Assembly (NCBI GenBank): GCA_036640155.1
Contig: JAVWHI010000002.1
Coordinates: forward strand, 1 to 42,176
DNA: 42,176 bases
Direction of reading: 5' to 3'
Source: Oscillospiraceae bacterium
GTDB lineage: Bacteria > Bacillota > Clostridia > Oscillospirales > Ruminococcaceae
Shown here: positions 16,670 to 24,829 of the stretch, one piece after another
Layout: every line of letters begins with the position of its first letter
Position numbering within the stretch: the stretch's first letter is position 1
Notes under the pieces: model-generated
Seen by the model: the letters and a program-made list of their open reading frames with translations, nothing else
Databases searched by the model: none
What the model was told of the DNA's origin: nothing
Position numbers and translations under genes: made by a program

Positions 16670-17608
16670 TTATTTTGCAATAAACTCTAGATTGATTTTT
16701 GCATTTGAAGTCTTAATTTTAAGAGATTTTTCGCCTATTGTCATATTTGATGGTAAATTTGATGTTGCGTTTGTAGTGGTGCAATCATATGAAAAATCAG
16801 ATGAATTACCTATCATTGTTCCACTAACTTCTCCGTTTGAAGTAATTAAAGAGGTTTCATTAGGTGATGACATCATGTCAAGTTCTATTTTAGCATTAGC
16901 AGTTGTAGCATAAAGAGAATTTGAAATTGACGACGTCGTTAAAATTATTCTACTGTTTGTAGTTTTCATATTACAGGTGTTAGCTGCAGAGTTAGTAAGA
17001 GATAAACCTCCATTTGAACTAGTAGCAGTAATGGAATCGGCCGTGCAATTAGATATTTTCACTTCACTATTTGAAGTTTTGGCTACAAAATCGTTTTTTG
17101 AAGTTGCACCTGCTACATCGATTTTTGCATTTGACGTGGTTAAATTTATATCATCTGCTGTAATAGAATCAGCGGTTATTGTAGAATTTGATGTTGCAAT
17201 ATCAATGTTTTGTATCCGGGTAAAACTTTTGGGAATGTGAATTGTCATTAATGGACTTGAAAAATCCAAATTAATAATATGATGATACCACTTAGTAGTA
17301 TCAGGGTTTTTTACTACACGCAATTTTCCATCTTCTGATAAAGTTATATTATAGTTTTTATCTTGTGTTTCCATGTACTCAATACTAAGCTCAGTTGAGG
17401 CAGTAGTAGTAACATTTATTTTAACATTTGAATCGGTTATTGAAATGGAATTTATTGATTCGCTTGTTTTATATGTCTTGTTTTCATAGGTATTGCGGGT
17501 TTTGAAGTTATTCATATTAAATCCTTCCTGCCAGAATGCTAGCCCAAACAATAGTAAACCCAACACTGAACTTACTATACCGATGTAAATTAAACTATTT
17601 GATTTCAT
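16670..17608 (-). CDS. DUF4097-family protein (putative beta-helical 'adhesin-like' repeat protein), membrane anchored
   Basis: 312 aa with an N-terminal TM. The C-terminal two thirds consist of degenerate repeats of about 20 aa (TTSNAKIDV, KTSNSEVKIS, TSSNGGLSLT, TTNSRIILT, TTANAKIELD, ITSNGEVSGT, KTSNAKINLE). It is the last gene of a PadR/DUF1700 operon, the usual context for this family. Confidence 0.75.
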   Translation of the reverse strand: MKSNSLIYIGIVSSVLGLLLFGLAFWQEGFNMNNFKTRNTYENKTYKTSESINSISITDSNVKINVTTTASTELSIEYMETQDKNYNITLSEDGKLRVVKNPDTTKWYHHIINLDFSSPLMTIHIPKSFTRIQNIDIATSNSTITADSITADDINLTTSNAKIDVAGATSKNDFVAKTSNSEVKISNCTADSITATSSNGGLSLTNSAANTCNMKTTNSRIILTTSSISNSLYATTANAKIELDMMSSPNETSLITSNGEVSGTMIGNSSDFSYDCTTTNATSNLPSNMTIGEKSLKIKTSNAKINLEFIAK

Positions 17609-18218
17609 TTTCTTTTTCCCTCCTTGGAATAAACAGAGATTTGATTTTTTTAGTTACAAAAAGCGTGAAAACTGCAAGTTTTTTAATAAATAGCACCATA
17701 GGTTTAATTAACATGAGGCAGATACCTATGCAGACTAGTGCAGCTGCTAAATATAGCAGTACAACGGAAAGTTCGTGTGCTGATATGATTAAAATTGACC
17801 CGACTAAAAAAGCAAGCCCTGATAATCCAAATGCAAGCACCACACAACACACTGTGATTGCAGTTGCCCATATTACAATGTACACCGATAAAAGAATAGC
17901 TAGTGCTGCTAAAAGAAGCGGAATCCAAACCACAGAGCCTATGATTATAAGAGCTATCCAAAGTGCTTTATGGTTACTTTTAGGTCTTGTTTTATTTAAA
18001 CTTGATTTAAGTAGACAAGGAAGTGATATACCTTGGACAATATCCGCCATAATGTCACCAACTGCTCCAAGCGCCGCTACTGCTTCTTCTTCTGTTTTTC
18101 CATCATCAATATGGTCGTTAATTATTTCATCATAAAATTCAAACGATTTTTCGATTTCGCTTTTCGGAAATGAACTTAGCTTTTCGCCTAGCACCGAAAA
18201 TAATTCTTGCTTAGTCAT
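17595..18218 (-). CDS. DUF1700-family membrane protein (PadR-associated sensor-like partner)
   Basis: The N-terminal soluble helix bundle (MTKQELFSVLGEKLSSFPKSEIEKSFEFYDEIINDHIDDGKTEEEAVAALG) is typical of DUF1700 and is followed by 4 TM helices. It overlaps padR by 8 nt and the DUF4097 gene by 14 nt. Confidence 0.7.
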   Translation of the reverse strand: MTKQELFSVLGEKLSSFPKSEIEKSFEFYDEIINDHIDDGKTEEEAVAALGAVGDIMADIVQGISLPCLLKSSLNKTRPKSNHKALWIALIIIGSVVWIPLLLAALAILLSVYIVIWATAITVCCVVLAFGLSGLAFLVGSILIISAHELSVVLLYLAAALVCIGICLMLIKPMVLFIKKLAVFTLFVTKKIKSLFIPRREKENEIK

Positions 18219-18537
18219 TCTTTAACCCACCACTTTCTATTGATATAAATTCATACACGCTGATGATTTCGCTCCATTCATTTTTGAACTCCAAAATTTT
18301 ATCAATCCCTTTTTGAGTAATCTTATAGTATTTTCTAAGTCTGCTATTGTGTTCAACTGAATAAACTGTCAGCATTTCTGCAACCTCAAGTCGCTTTAAA
18401 ATTGGGTATAAAGTCGACTCTGATATCGCAATGCACGAGCTTACATCCTTAATTATTTTATAACCATATGAGTCCTCACGTAATAGCACTGCTAAGACAC
18501 ATACCTCTAGTAAACCCCTTTTTAATTGCACATCCAA
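18211..18537 (-). CDS. PadR-family transcriptional regulator
   Basis: 108 aa. Motifs LKRGLLEVCVLAVL....YGYKIIKDV....ISESTLYPILKRLE. TTG start with a GGGGGG SD 7 nt upstream. Confidence 0.9.
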   Translation of the reverse strand: MDVQLKRGLLEVCVLAVLLREDSYGYKIIKDVSSCIAISESTLYPILKRLEVAEMLTVYSVEHNSRLRKYYKITQKGIDKILEFKNEWSEIISVYEFISIESGGLKND

Positions 18538-18560
18538 AATTACGCCCCCTTATACATCAT

Positions 18561-18589
18561 ATTATATAACACATAGTATAGTGTGTCAA
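18561..18589 (-). promoter_or_regulatory. Sigma-A promoter of the padR operon with an embedded palindromic operator
   Basis: On the minus strand: TTGACA (18589-18584), 17-nt spacer, TATAAT (18566-18561). The inverted repeat ACACA-N8-TGTGT (18569-18586) spans the spacer and overlaps the -35 box. Confidence 0.65.
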
Positions 18590-18687
18590 GAGGTATTTTG
18601 GCAAAAAGTGAATTATTTTCACGAAAATATTTGCTGTCCGTTTTTACGTACAGTACTTGTGCTATACTTAAGCAAAAGGGAGGGGTT

Positions 18688-18993
18688 ATGATGAAAAAAA
18701 TTTATATCAAAGAAAGAGTAATGAGAGGACTTTTAATAAGCAAAATAGCGTTTTTAGTAGTTGGGGTTATTGGATTCGCACTGCTTTTACTTTGTGCCGG
18801 TCAATCAGATTACGATACTTTTTTTGGCGAAGAGGTTTTAAGAACAGCTGATATCTTTTGGAATGTAGTTTTTTCATGCAGTTTGGTACTGATAGGAGTA
18901 GTGGGGTATAAGTATTCTAAAAACGAATTTTTTAGAAAAAAGAGAATGATATTATCAAAAAAAAGAATTGTAGATATAAAATATGTCGCATAA
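18688..18993 (+). CDS. Small two-TM membrane protein, unknown function
   Basis: The ATG at 18688 is preceded by GGGAGGGG. 101 aa with two hydrophobic helices and a basic C-terminus. It is divergent from padR. The track start at 18583 has no RBS. Confidence 0.5.
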   Translation: MMKKIYIKERVMRGLLISKIAFLVVGVIGFALLLLCAGQSDYDTFFGEEVLRTADIFWNVVFSCSLVLIGVVGYKYSKNEFFRKKRMILSKKRIVDIKYVA

Positions 18994-18995
18994 AA

Positions 18996-19085
18996 AAAGA
19001 AACTATTTTATGACATAAGCTCCCTTTTGTTAGACTTTTAGACTAACTGCTGGGGGCCGTGTCGTTTAATAGTTTCTTTTTATAG
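18996..19085. terminator. Putative bidirectional terminator between convergent genes
   Basis: AAAGAAACTATT (18996-19007) pairs with AATAGTTTCTTT (19068-19079), a perfect 12 bp. Flanked by an A-run and a T-run. The large loop contains the inner hairpin GTTAG..CTAAC (19029-19047). Confidence 0.4.
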
Positions 19086-19104
19086 TTTTTTTGATAAAGT
19101 AAGA

Positions 19105-20481
19105 TTAAAAATCTATTTTTTTTGCAATATATTCATCTAATTCGGAAATTGGCAACCTGACTTGTTGCATAGTGTCACGGTCACGAACGGTAACACAGTT
19201 GTCTTCAACCGATTGAAAATCATAAGTTATGCAAAGTGGAGTTCCTATTTCATCTTGTCGACGGTAACGCTTGCCAATAGAGCCAGCATCATCAAAATCA
19301 ATGGAATATTTTTTAGAAAGGCATGTGAAAAGTTCATTTGCTTGATCGGATAGTTTTTTTGATAGCGGTAGAATGCAAGCTTTATATGGTGCTAATGTAG
19401 GGTGTAAGCGCAAAACAACACGTGTATCTTTTTCGTCAACTACTTCTTCATCATACGCTTCGCATAAAAATGCGAGTGCAACTCTATCAGCACCAAGCGA
19501 AGGCTCTATAACGTAAGGCACATATCTTTCGTTAGTTTCAGGGTCAAAATAATCAAGACCTTTTCCACTGTGTTTTATATGTTGATTTAAATCAAAGTCA
19601 GTTCTATCAGCAATTCCCCAAAGTTCGCCCCAACCGAATGGGAACATAAATTCAATATCAGTTGTAGCTTTTGAATAGTGAGATAGTTCTTTTGCTTCAT
19701 GGTCACGCAACTTAATATTTTGTTTTTGCATTCCAAGTGATATTAACCAATTCTCGCAGTAATCTTTCCAGAAATGAAACCAATCTAAATCTGTACCTGG
19801 TTTGCAGAAAAATTCAAGTTCCATTTGCTCAAACTCTCTTATTCTGAAAATAAAATTACCAGGTGTAATCTCATTTCTAAAAGATTTTCCTATCTGTCCT
19901 ACGCCAAATGGAAGTTTTCTTCTAGTTGTTCGTTGAATATTAGCAAAGTTAACAAAAATTCCTTGTGCTGTTTCAGGGCGTAAAAACATTTCGCTTTTGT
20001 CATCTTCAGTTACACCTTGATAGGTTTTAAACATCAAATTGAATTTGCGAATATCAGTAAAGTTTTTACTTCCGCAATTTGGGCATTTAATGTCATTTTC
20101 TTTTATATAGTTCATCATCTGCTCGTCTGTCCAACCGTTAGGAACAACGTCAGATTGCTTTTCAATTAAACTGTCTGCTCTATGACGGGTTTGGCAATCC
20201 TTACAATCCATCAATGGATCGGAAAATCCTCCGACGTGTCCTGAAGCGACCCAAGTTTGTGGATTCATTAAAATTGCCGAGTCTAATCCAACATTATATG
20301 GCGATTCCTGCACGAATTTTTTCCACCATGCTTTTTTAACGTTGTTTTTAAATTCAACGCCTAATGGGCCATAATCCCATGCGTTAGCTAACCCACCGTA
20401 AATTTCACTTCCAGGATAAACAAAGCCACGATTTTTACATAGTGAAACTATTTTTTCCATTGTTTTTTGACTGTTTTGCAT
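19105..20481 (-). CDS. glyQS: Glycine--tRNA ligase (class II, single-chain alpha2 type)
   Basis: Motifs [73 protein letters not shown]. The ATG at 20481 has GAGG 8 nt upstream. The track GTG at 20496 is less likely. Confidence 0.95.
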   Translation of the reverse strand: MQNSQKTMEKIVSLCKNRGFVYPGSEIYGGLANAWDYGPLGVEFKNNVKKAWWKKFVQESPYNVGLDSAILMNPQTWVASGHVGGFSDPLMDCKDCQTRHRADSLIEKQSDVVPNGWTDEQMMNYIKENDIKCPNCGSKNFTDIRKFNLMFKTYQGVTEDDKSEMFLRPETAQGIFVNFANIQRTTRRKLPFGVGQIGKSFRNEITPGNFIFRIREFEQMELEFFCKPGTDLDWFHFWKDYCENWLISLGMQKQNIKLRDHEAKELSHYSKATTDIEFMFPFGWGELWGIADRTDFDLNQHIKHSGKGLDYFDPETNERYVPYVIEPSLGADRVALAFLCEAYDEEVVDEKDTRVVLRLHPTLAPYKACILPLSKKLSDQANELFTCLSKKYSIDFDDAGSIGKRYRRQDEIGTPLCITYDFQSVEDNCVTVRDRDTMQQVRLPISELDEYIAKKIDF

Positions 20482-20591
20482 ATTATTTTTCCTCACTTCA
20501 AATGATGTATTCCATTGGTAAGCATAAAAAATTTACTGCTAACCTTGCTTTTAAACGTTCGCACTTAGAACAATAAAAGTATTGTATTTCT

Positions 20592-20620
20592 ATTTTAAAT
20601 AAATTATTGCGTAAAGTCAA
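20592..20620 (-). promoter_or_regulatory. Candidate sigma-A promoter for glyQS
   Basis: On the minus strand: TTGACT (20620-20615), 17-nt spacer, TAAAAT (20597-20592). Confidence 0.4.
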
Positions 20621-20637
20621 GCGAATAGCGACTTTTG

Positions 20638-20808
20638 CTATAATATTTCATCATTTTCTTTATTTTGGACGTGACATTTTTCTTTGACACTGCAATGTTT
20701 GCAGTTTTCGCAACATTTGCCTTTACTCATTTTAATAATTGCTCTCACAAAAATAAAGATTGCAAGTACAATAAGCAAAATACATATTGCAATTATAACA
20801 TACTTCAT
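20638..20808 (-). CDS. FeoB-associated Cys-rich membrane miniprotein (56 aa, below the ORF-track cutoff)
   Basis: Minus-strand ATG at 20808 with GGAG 8 nt upstream, 29 nt after the feoB stop. Translation: MKYVIIAICILLIVLAIFIFVRAIIKMSKGKCCENCKHCSVKEKCHVQNKENDEIL. One TM helix plus a CC-x2-C-x2-C-x5-C cluster. This matches the small family commonly annotated downstream of feoB in Firmicutes. Confidence 0.7.
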   Translation of the reverse strand: MKYVIIAICILLIVLAIFIFVRAIIKMSKGKCCENCKHCSVKEKCHVQNKENDEIL

Positions 20809-20837
20809 GTTTTATCTCCATAATTTTTTTAAAATTT

Positions 20838-22844
20838 TTATAGTACAAGTCGAGCCACTTGATAGACAATAAGAGAAACAATATAAGCAATACCAGTTTG
20901 CATAATAGCAGTGGAGATAGCCCATTTCATGCTATTCATTTCTTTTTTTATCGTAACAAAAGCAGAGATACATGGCATATAAAGCAGTGTAAACGTCATA
21001 AACGAAAGAGCAGAAGCAGTAGTAAATGCTGTCGTTAATCCCACTGCAGAGCCAGTAAGCCCATATAAAACATTAAGCGTACTAACAACGGATTCCTTTG
21101 CAATAAGACCTGTAAGAATTGCGACTGCAGATTCCCATTTTCCAAATCCCAACGGTGTGAAAATCGGTGCAATTAAAGCACCGAATTGACCTAACATGCT
21201 TTGTGCGCTATCTGTTACCATCTCAAGTGATGTGTTGAAGTTTTGTAAAAGCCAAACTATTATGCTCATTGAAAATATTATTGTTCCGGCTTTAATTATA
21301 AACCCTTTGCATTTTTGCCAAACGTGTAGTGCCATAGATTTTGCTGACGGTAATCTATATGGAGGCAACTCCATTACAAACGGTGCGCTTTTACCTTTGA
21401 AAAGTGTATTTTTTAGCACAATTCCCGTCAAAATTGCTACAACGATTCCTAAAATGTACATGCTAAAGACAATTAAGCCTTGATTTTTTTCAAAAAATAC
21501 TTGTGCAAATAAAGCGTAAATTGGAAGTCTTGCCCCACAAGACATAAAGGGCGTTAGCATTATTGTAAGGCGTCTATCTTTCTCGTTTTCTAAGCCCCTA
21601 GCTGCCATAACAGCAGGCGTTGTACAACCAAAGCCCATTAACATAGGAATAAAAGATTTTCCGGAAAGTCCGAGTTTGCGTAGGAGTCTATCCATAATAA
21701 AAGCAGCTCTTGCCATATAACCGCTGTCTTCGAGCAGGGATAGCATGAAAAACAGTATTGTTATTTGCGGCAAAAAGACAAGGATTCCAGAAACTCCTCC
21801 TACAGCGGCATCAATAATTAAACTGTATGTCCATTGAGGGGCGCCTGCACTTGTTAAGATTAAGTCTAGAAGTGGCACTAAACCTTTATTAAATGCAAAA
21901 TCTATAACACCGCTTAATGCAGTACCAATAGGGCCGAATGTAAGTGTAAACATTAAAAACATAACAAGAAGAAATATCGGTATAGCTAAAAAACGGTTAG
22001 TGACAATTTTGTCGATTTTGTCGGATAGCGTTAGCTCGTTTGGGTTGCTATTTTTAACAACAGCTTTTTTAACGACTTCTTCAATATATGTATACCGTGC
22101 ATCAGCGACCATTGTTTCTTTATCACCAAGTTCGTTTTTGCTTTCATATGATTTAGAAATTTCATCAATGCGACTTTTTTGTGCTGGAGTTAAATCGAGC
22201 TTTTTTTCAAGCTGCTCGTCGCCACTTAATAGTTTAGATGCAAAAAACATATACGGAATGTGTTTTTGGTATGTGTTTTGTGAAAGTACGATTAATATAT
22301 CGTTTATTGCATTTTGTGTGTTATTATCATATTTGATTTTAGGGGAGTAAAACTCCTTGCCATGTGCTAGCTTTTCGGCTTTTTTTAAAACACTCTCAAC
22401 ATTTTCGTTTTTTCTAGCAGTAATCGGTATAACAGGCACGCCTAACTCGTATGCAAGCTTATCGCAATCTATTTTCCAGCCATTTGCAATTACGTCATCC
22501 ATCATATTAATAGCAATCAGCATTGGACGTTCAAGTTCCATTAGCTGCAACGTGAGATAGAGATTCCTTTCTAGATTTGTGCCATCTACAATGTTGATAA
22601 TAACTTCAGGACGCTCGTCCAAAATGAAATCACGTGTGACAATTTCCTCCATTGTGTACGGTGAAAGAGAATAAATCCCAGGTAAATCAACAATTTCGCT
22701 GTGACCGACTTTCGTTTTACCAACTTTTTTTTGAACCGTCACCCCGGGCCAGTTGCCAACATATTGATTACTGCCTGTCAGGACGTTAAATAAAGTGGTT
22801 TTTCCGCAATTTGGGTTTCCCGCAAGAGCCATTTTATGTGCCAT
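20838..22844 (-). CDS. feoB: Ferrous iron transporter FeoB
   Basis: N-terminal G-domain GNPNCGKTTLFN, DLPGIYS, NMMD. C-terminal polytopic permease with gate motifs. Confidence 0.95.
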   Translation of the reverse strand: MAHKMALAGNPNCGKTTLFNVLTGSNQYVGNWPGVTVQKKVGKTKVGHSEIVDLPGIYSLSPYTMEEIVTRDFILDERPEVIINIVDGTNLERNLYLTLQLMELERPMLIAINMMDDVIANGWKIDCDKLAYELGVPVIPITARKNENVESVLKKAEKLAHGKEFYSPKIKYDNNTQNAINDILIVLSQNTYQKHIPYMFFASKLLSGDEQLEKKLDLTPAQKSRIDEISKSYESKNELGDKETMVADARYTYIEEVVKKAVVKNSNPNELTLSDKIDKIVTNRFLAIPIFLLVMFLMFTLTFGPIGTALSGVIDFAFNKGLVPLLDLILTSAGAPQWTYSLIIDAAVGGVSGILVFLPQITILFFMLSLLEDSGYMARAAFIMDRLLRKLGLSGKSFIPMLMGFGCTTPAVMAARGLENEKDRRLTIMLTPFMSCGARLPIYALFAQVFFEKNQGLIVFSMYILGIVVAILTGIVLKNTLFKGKSAPFVMELPPYRLPSAKSMALHVWQKCKGFIIKAGTIIFSMSIIVWLLQNFNTSLEMVTDSAQSMLGQFGALIAPIFTPLGFGKWESAVAILTGLIAKESVVSTLNVLYGLTGSAVGLTTAFTTASALSFMTFTLLYMPCISAFVTIKKEMNSMKWAISTAIMQTGIAYIVSLIVYQVARLVL

Positions 22845-22852
22845 AAATTTTT

Positions 22853-23083
22853 TTACCTTTCGTCCTCAATTATTATTTTCTCAGCTTCTGCTTTTCTTAT
22901 AGTTAATTCGTATCCACGTAAATTTATTTCGATCGGGTCACCTAACGGTGCTACTTTTCTAACCATTACGATAACACCCGGCGTAATACCCATGTCTATT
23001 AGTCGCCTTTTTAAGGCACCTTGTGTCAAGATGTTTATGACTTTGCCTTTTTGACCTGGCTTTAAATTGTTAATCGTGCGCAT
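22853..23083 (-). CDS. feoA: Ferrous iron transport protein FeoA
   Basis: SH3-like FeoA (LKPGQKGKVINI....RRLIDMGITPGVIVMV). The second ATG (23083) is 7 nt from AAGGAG. The track ATG at 23089 is only 1 nt from it. Confidence 0.9.
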   Translation of the reverse strand: MRTINNLKPGQKGKVINILTQGALKRRLIDMGITPGVIVMVRKVAPLGDPIEINLRGYELTIRKAEAEKIIIEDER

Positions 23084-23102
23084 TGACATACTCCTTATTA
23101 AG

Positions 23103-23140
23103 GGGATATAAAAGTTAGCCTAGTATAACTTTTATATCCC
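23103..23140 (-). promoter_or_regulatory. Perfect 15-bp inverted repeat in the feoA 5' UTR (operator or RNA hairpin)
   Basis: GGGATATAAAAGTTA (23103-23117) pairs with TAACTTTTATATCCC (23126-23140), with an 8-nt centre GCCTAGTA. It lies between the predicted -10 box and the SD. Confidence 0.5.
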
Positions 23141-23158
23141 AAACTACATTCTAATATT

Positions 23159-23187
23159 ATTATATTGTGTTATTCTGCTTTTGTCAA
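23159..23187 (-). promoter_or_regulatory. Consensus sigma-A promoter for feoAB
   Basis: On the minus strand: TTGACA (23187-23182), 17-nt spacer, TATAAT (23164-23159). Confidence 0.65.
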
Positions 23188-23290
23188 TAGGAAATATTAA
23201 AATTGTAGCAAAAAAGTATTTTAAGAATATGATGTATTGAGATTTAACTTTTTAATGCTTGACGATATTTTGAAATGGGGGGATTCAACA

Positions 23291-24385
23291 ATGGATAACA
23301 ACGCAAAAATCGTTGATTTCTTTTTAGGAGCGAACTCCTCAAAAGGATTCTACTCGTTATTCAAACAACTAGAAATTCCTGTTAAGAGCTGGCGTAGCTT
23401 TGTGATAAAAGGCGGCCCCGGAACTGGAAAATCAAATATGATGAAAAAGATTGTCGATAATTTTGAAGATAAAAGAGGACTAATTGAAAAAATACATTGT
23501 TCATCAGATATTGATTCACTAGATGGTGTTATATTACATAACTGCAACTGTAGCATAGTTGATGCGACTTCGCCACATGTAATTGAGCCTGACTTGCCGG
23601 GCGTATATGAAACAACGGTTAATTTTTGCCAAGCGTTTGACGAAGAATTATTAAATTCACGTTTTGAGCAAATAATTAGTGCAAAAAACGCAGGTAGTAT
23701 TTATCACGAAAAGTGTTGTAAGCTTTTAAACTGCGCTCAAATACTTTTAAATGATAATTACGAGATTGCTCTAGCTTGTACTGATACTAAAAAAATCGAA
23801 AACTTTGCAAAAAGAATAAAAGCACTTGAATTTTCTTTAAAAGGAAATGGTGCTAAAGAACATGTGCGATATCTTTCGGCTGTAACTAATAAAGGTATTA
23901 CTGCTTATTTAGAAACTCCTACTAAACTTTGCAAAAATATATATGTAATTAAAGACGATTTTTCCTGCACATCTTCGCTATTTTTGTCACTACTTCGAGA
24001 ATATGCTCTTGCAAGTGAGCTTGAAATATTTACATGTTTTTGTTCCATGAAACCTACAAGTAAAATAGAACATATTTTTATACCGGAACTTAATTTAGGA
24101 TTTATGACATGGAATAAATTTTTAGACTTGTCGCAGATAAACCCATATAAAGTTGTAAATTATGCTCGTTTTACAGACAAGGAAAAGTTAGGAGCGTATA
24201 AACAGCGTATAAGTTTTAATAAAAAACTTGCTACACAGCTTATTAATAGTGCTGTGCAAACATTAAAAAATGCGAAAATTTGTCATGACCAACTGGAAAA
24301 ATTCTATAACGATGCTGTAGATTTTTCTTTAATTGATGCACAGACATCTGAAGTTATTAGAAAAATGCTAAAGCGTTACAAATAA
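23291..24385 (+). CDS. P-loop NTPase of unknown function (resembles the uncharacterised PRK06851-type family)
   Basis: The ATG at 23291 follows a G-rich SD. N-terminus FFLGANSSKGFYSLF....VIKGGPGTGKSNMMKKI (Walker A). The family name is from memory and unverified. Confidence 0.65.
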   Translation: MDNNAKIVDFFLGANSSKGFYSLFKQLEIPVKSWRSFVIKGGPGTGKSNMMKKIVDNFEDKRGLIEKIHCSSDIDSLDGVILHNCNCSIVDATSPHVIEPDLPGVYETTVNFCQAFDEELLNSRFEQIISAKNAGSIYHEKCCKLLNCAQILLNDNYEIALACTDTKKIENFAKRIKALEFSLKGNGAKEHVRYLSAVTNKGITAYLETPTKLCKNIYVIKDDFSCTSSLFLSLLREYALASELEIFTCFCSMKPTSKIEHIFIPELNLGFMTWNKFLDLSQINPYKVVNYARFTDKEKLGAYKQRISFNKKLATQLINSAVQTLKNAKICHDQLEKFYNDAVDFSLIDAQTSEVIRKMLKRYK

Positions 24386-24387
24386 AC

Positions 24388-24765
24388 TTAAAAAATGTTT
24401 TCATAAGTGGGAAGTTCTCTATTTAAAATGTGGTCGACGAAAAAACGTATTTGTTCTAGTTCGATTTTTAGTTCGCCGAACATTTCCACTTCTGCTAGCT
24501 TTTTTATCTTACTAAGTGATAGATTCACTTTTTCAATTTCATCGTGTCTTACAAACGTCGATAAAAAGCGTTCTTTTTTATGCCAATATTCTGATAAATC
24601 AGTTATTGAAGATAAAAGAGTGTCGCTTTTTTCATTTGCGTTAGCTTCAATACCGCTGATTTTAACGAAAATTTTATCGTTTGCATTTTTTGCATAAGCA
24701 ATGGAAACAATAGATACTGTTAAAATAGAAAACAGTATAGCAGAAATTGTTATAAGACGGTTCAT
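24388..24765 (-). CDS. DUF4363-family small membrane-anchored protein
   Basis: The ATG at 24765 has AAGGAG upstream. 125 aa with an N-terminal TM, then a helical domain (W.KKE...STFVRHDEIEKV). It lies downstream of a DUF421 gene, the usual pairing. Confidence 0.6.
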   Translation of the reverse strand: MNRLITISAILFSILTVSIVSIAYAKNANDKIFVKISGIEANANEKSDTLLSSITDLSEYWHKKERFLSTFVRHDEIEKVNLSLSKIKKLAEVEMFGELKIELEQIRFFVDHILNRELPTYENIF

Positions 24766-24829
24766 GAAACGACACTCCTTTTTAAAAACTAACTTTGGTG
24801 CAAACAAGAATACTAATTTGGCTTTTAAG

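Noticed and set aside
17536-18135. 199-aa plus-strand ORF
   Set aside because: It is entirely antisense to the DUF1700 gene and has no RBS. Its composition (Ser/Thr/Ala/Ile-rich) is typical of the shadow frame of a membrane-protein gene.
20684-20872. 62-aa plus-strand ORF between glyQS and feoB
   Set aside because: It is antisense to the better-supported 56-aa FeoB-associated Cys-rich gene and to the feoB 3' end. It has no RBS.
23141-23200. Possible Fur box around the feoAB -10 region (TATAATAATATTAGAA)
   Set aside because: It is only an AT-rich partial palindrome. It does not match the 7-1-7 TGATAAT-N-ATTATCA core well enough to call.
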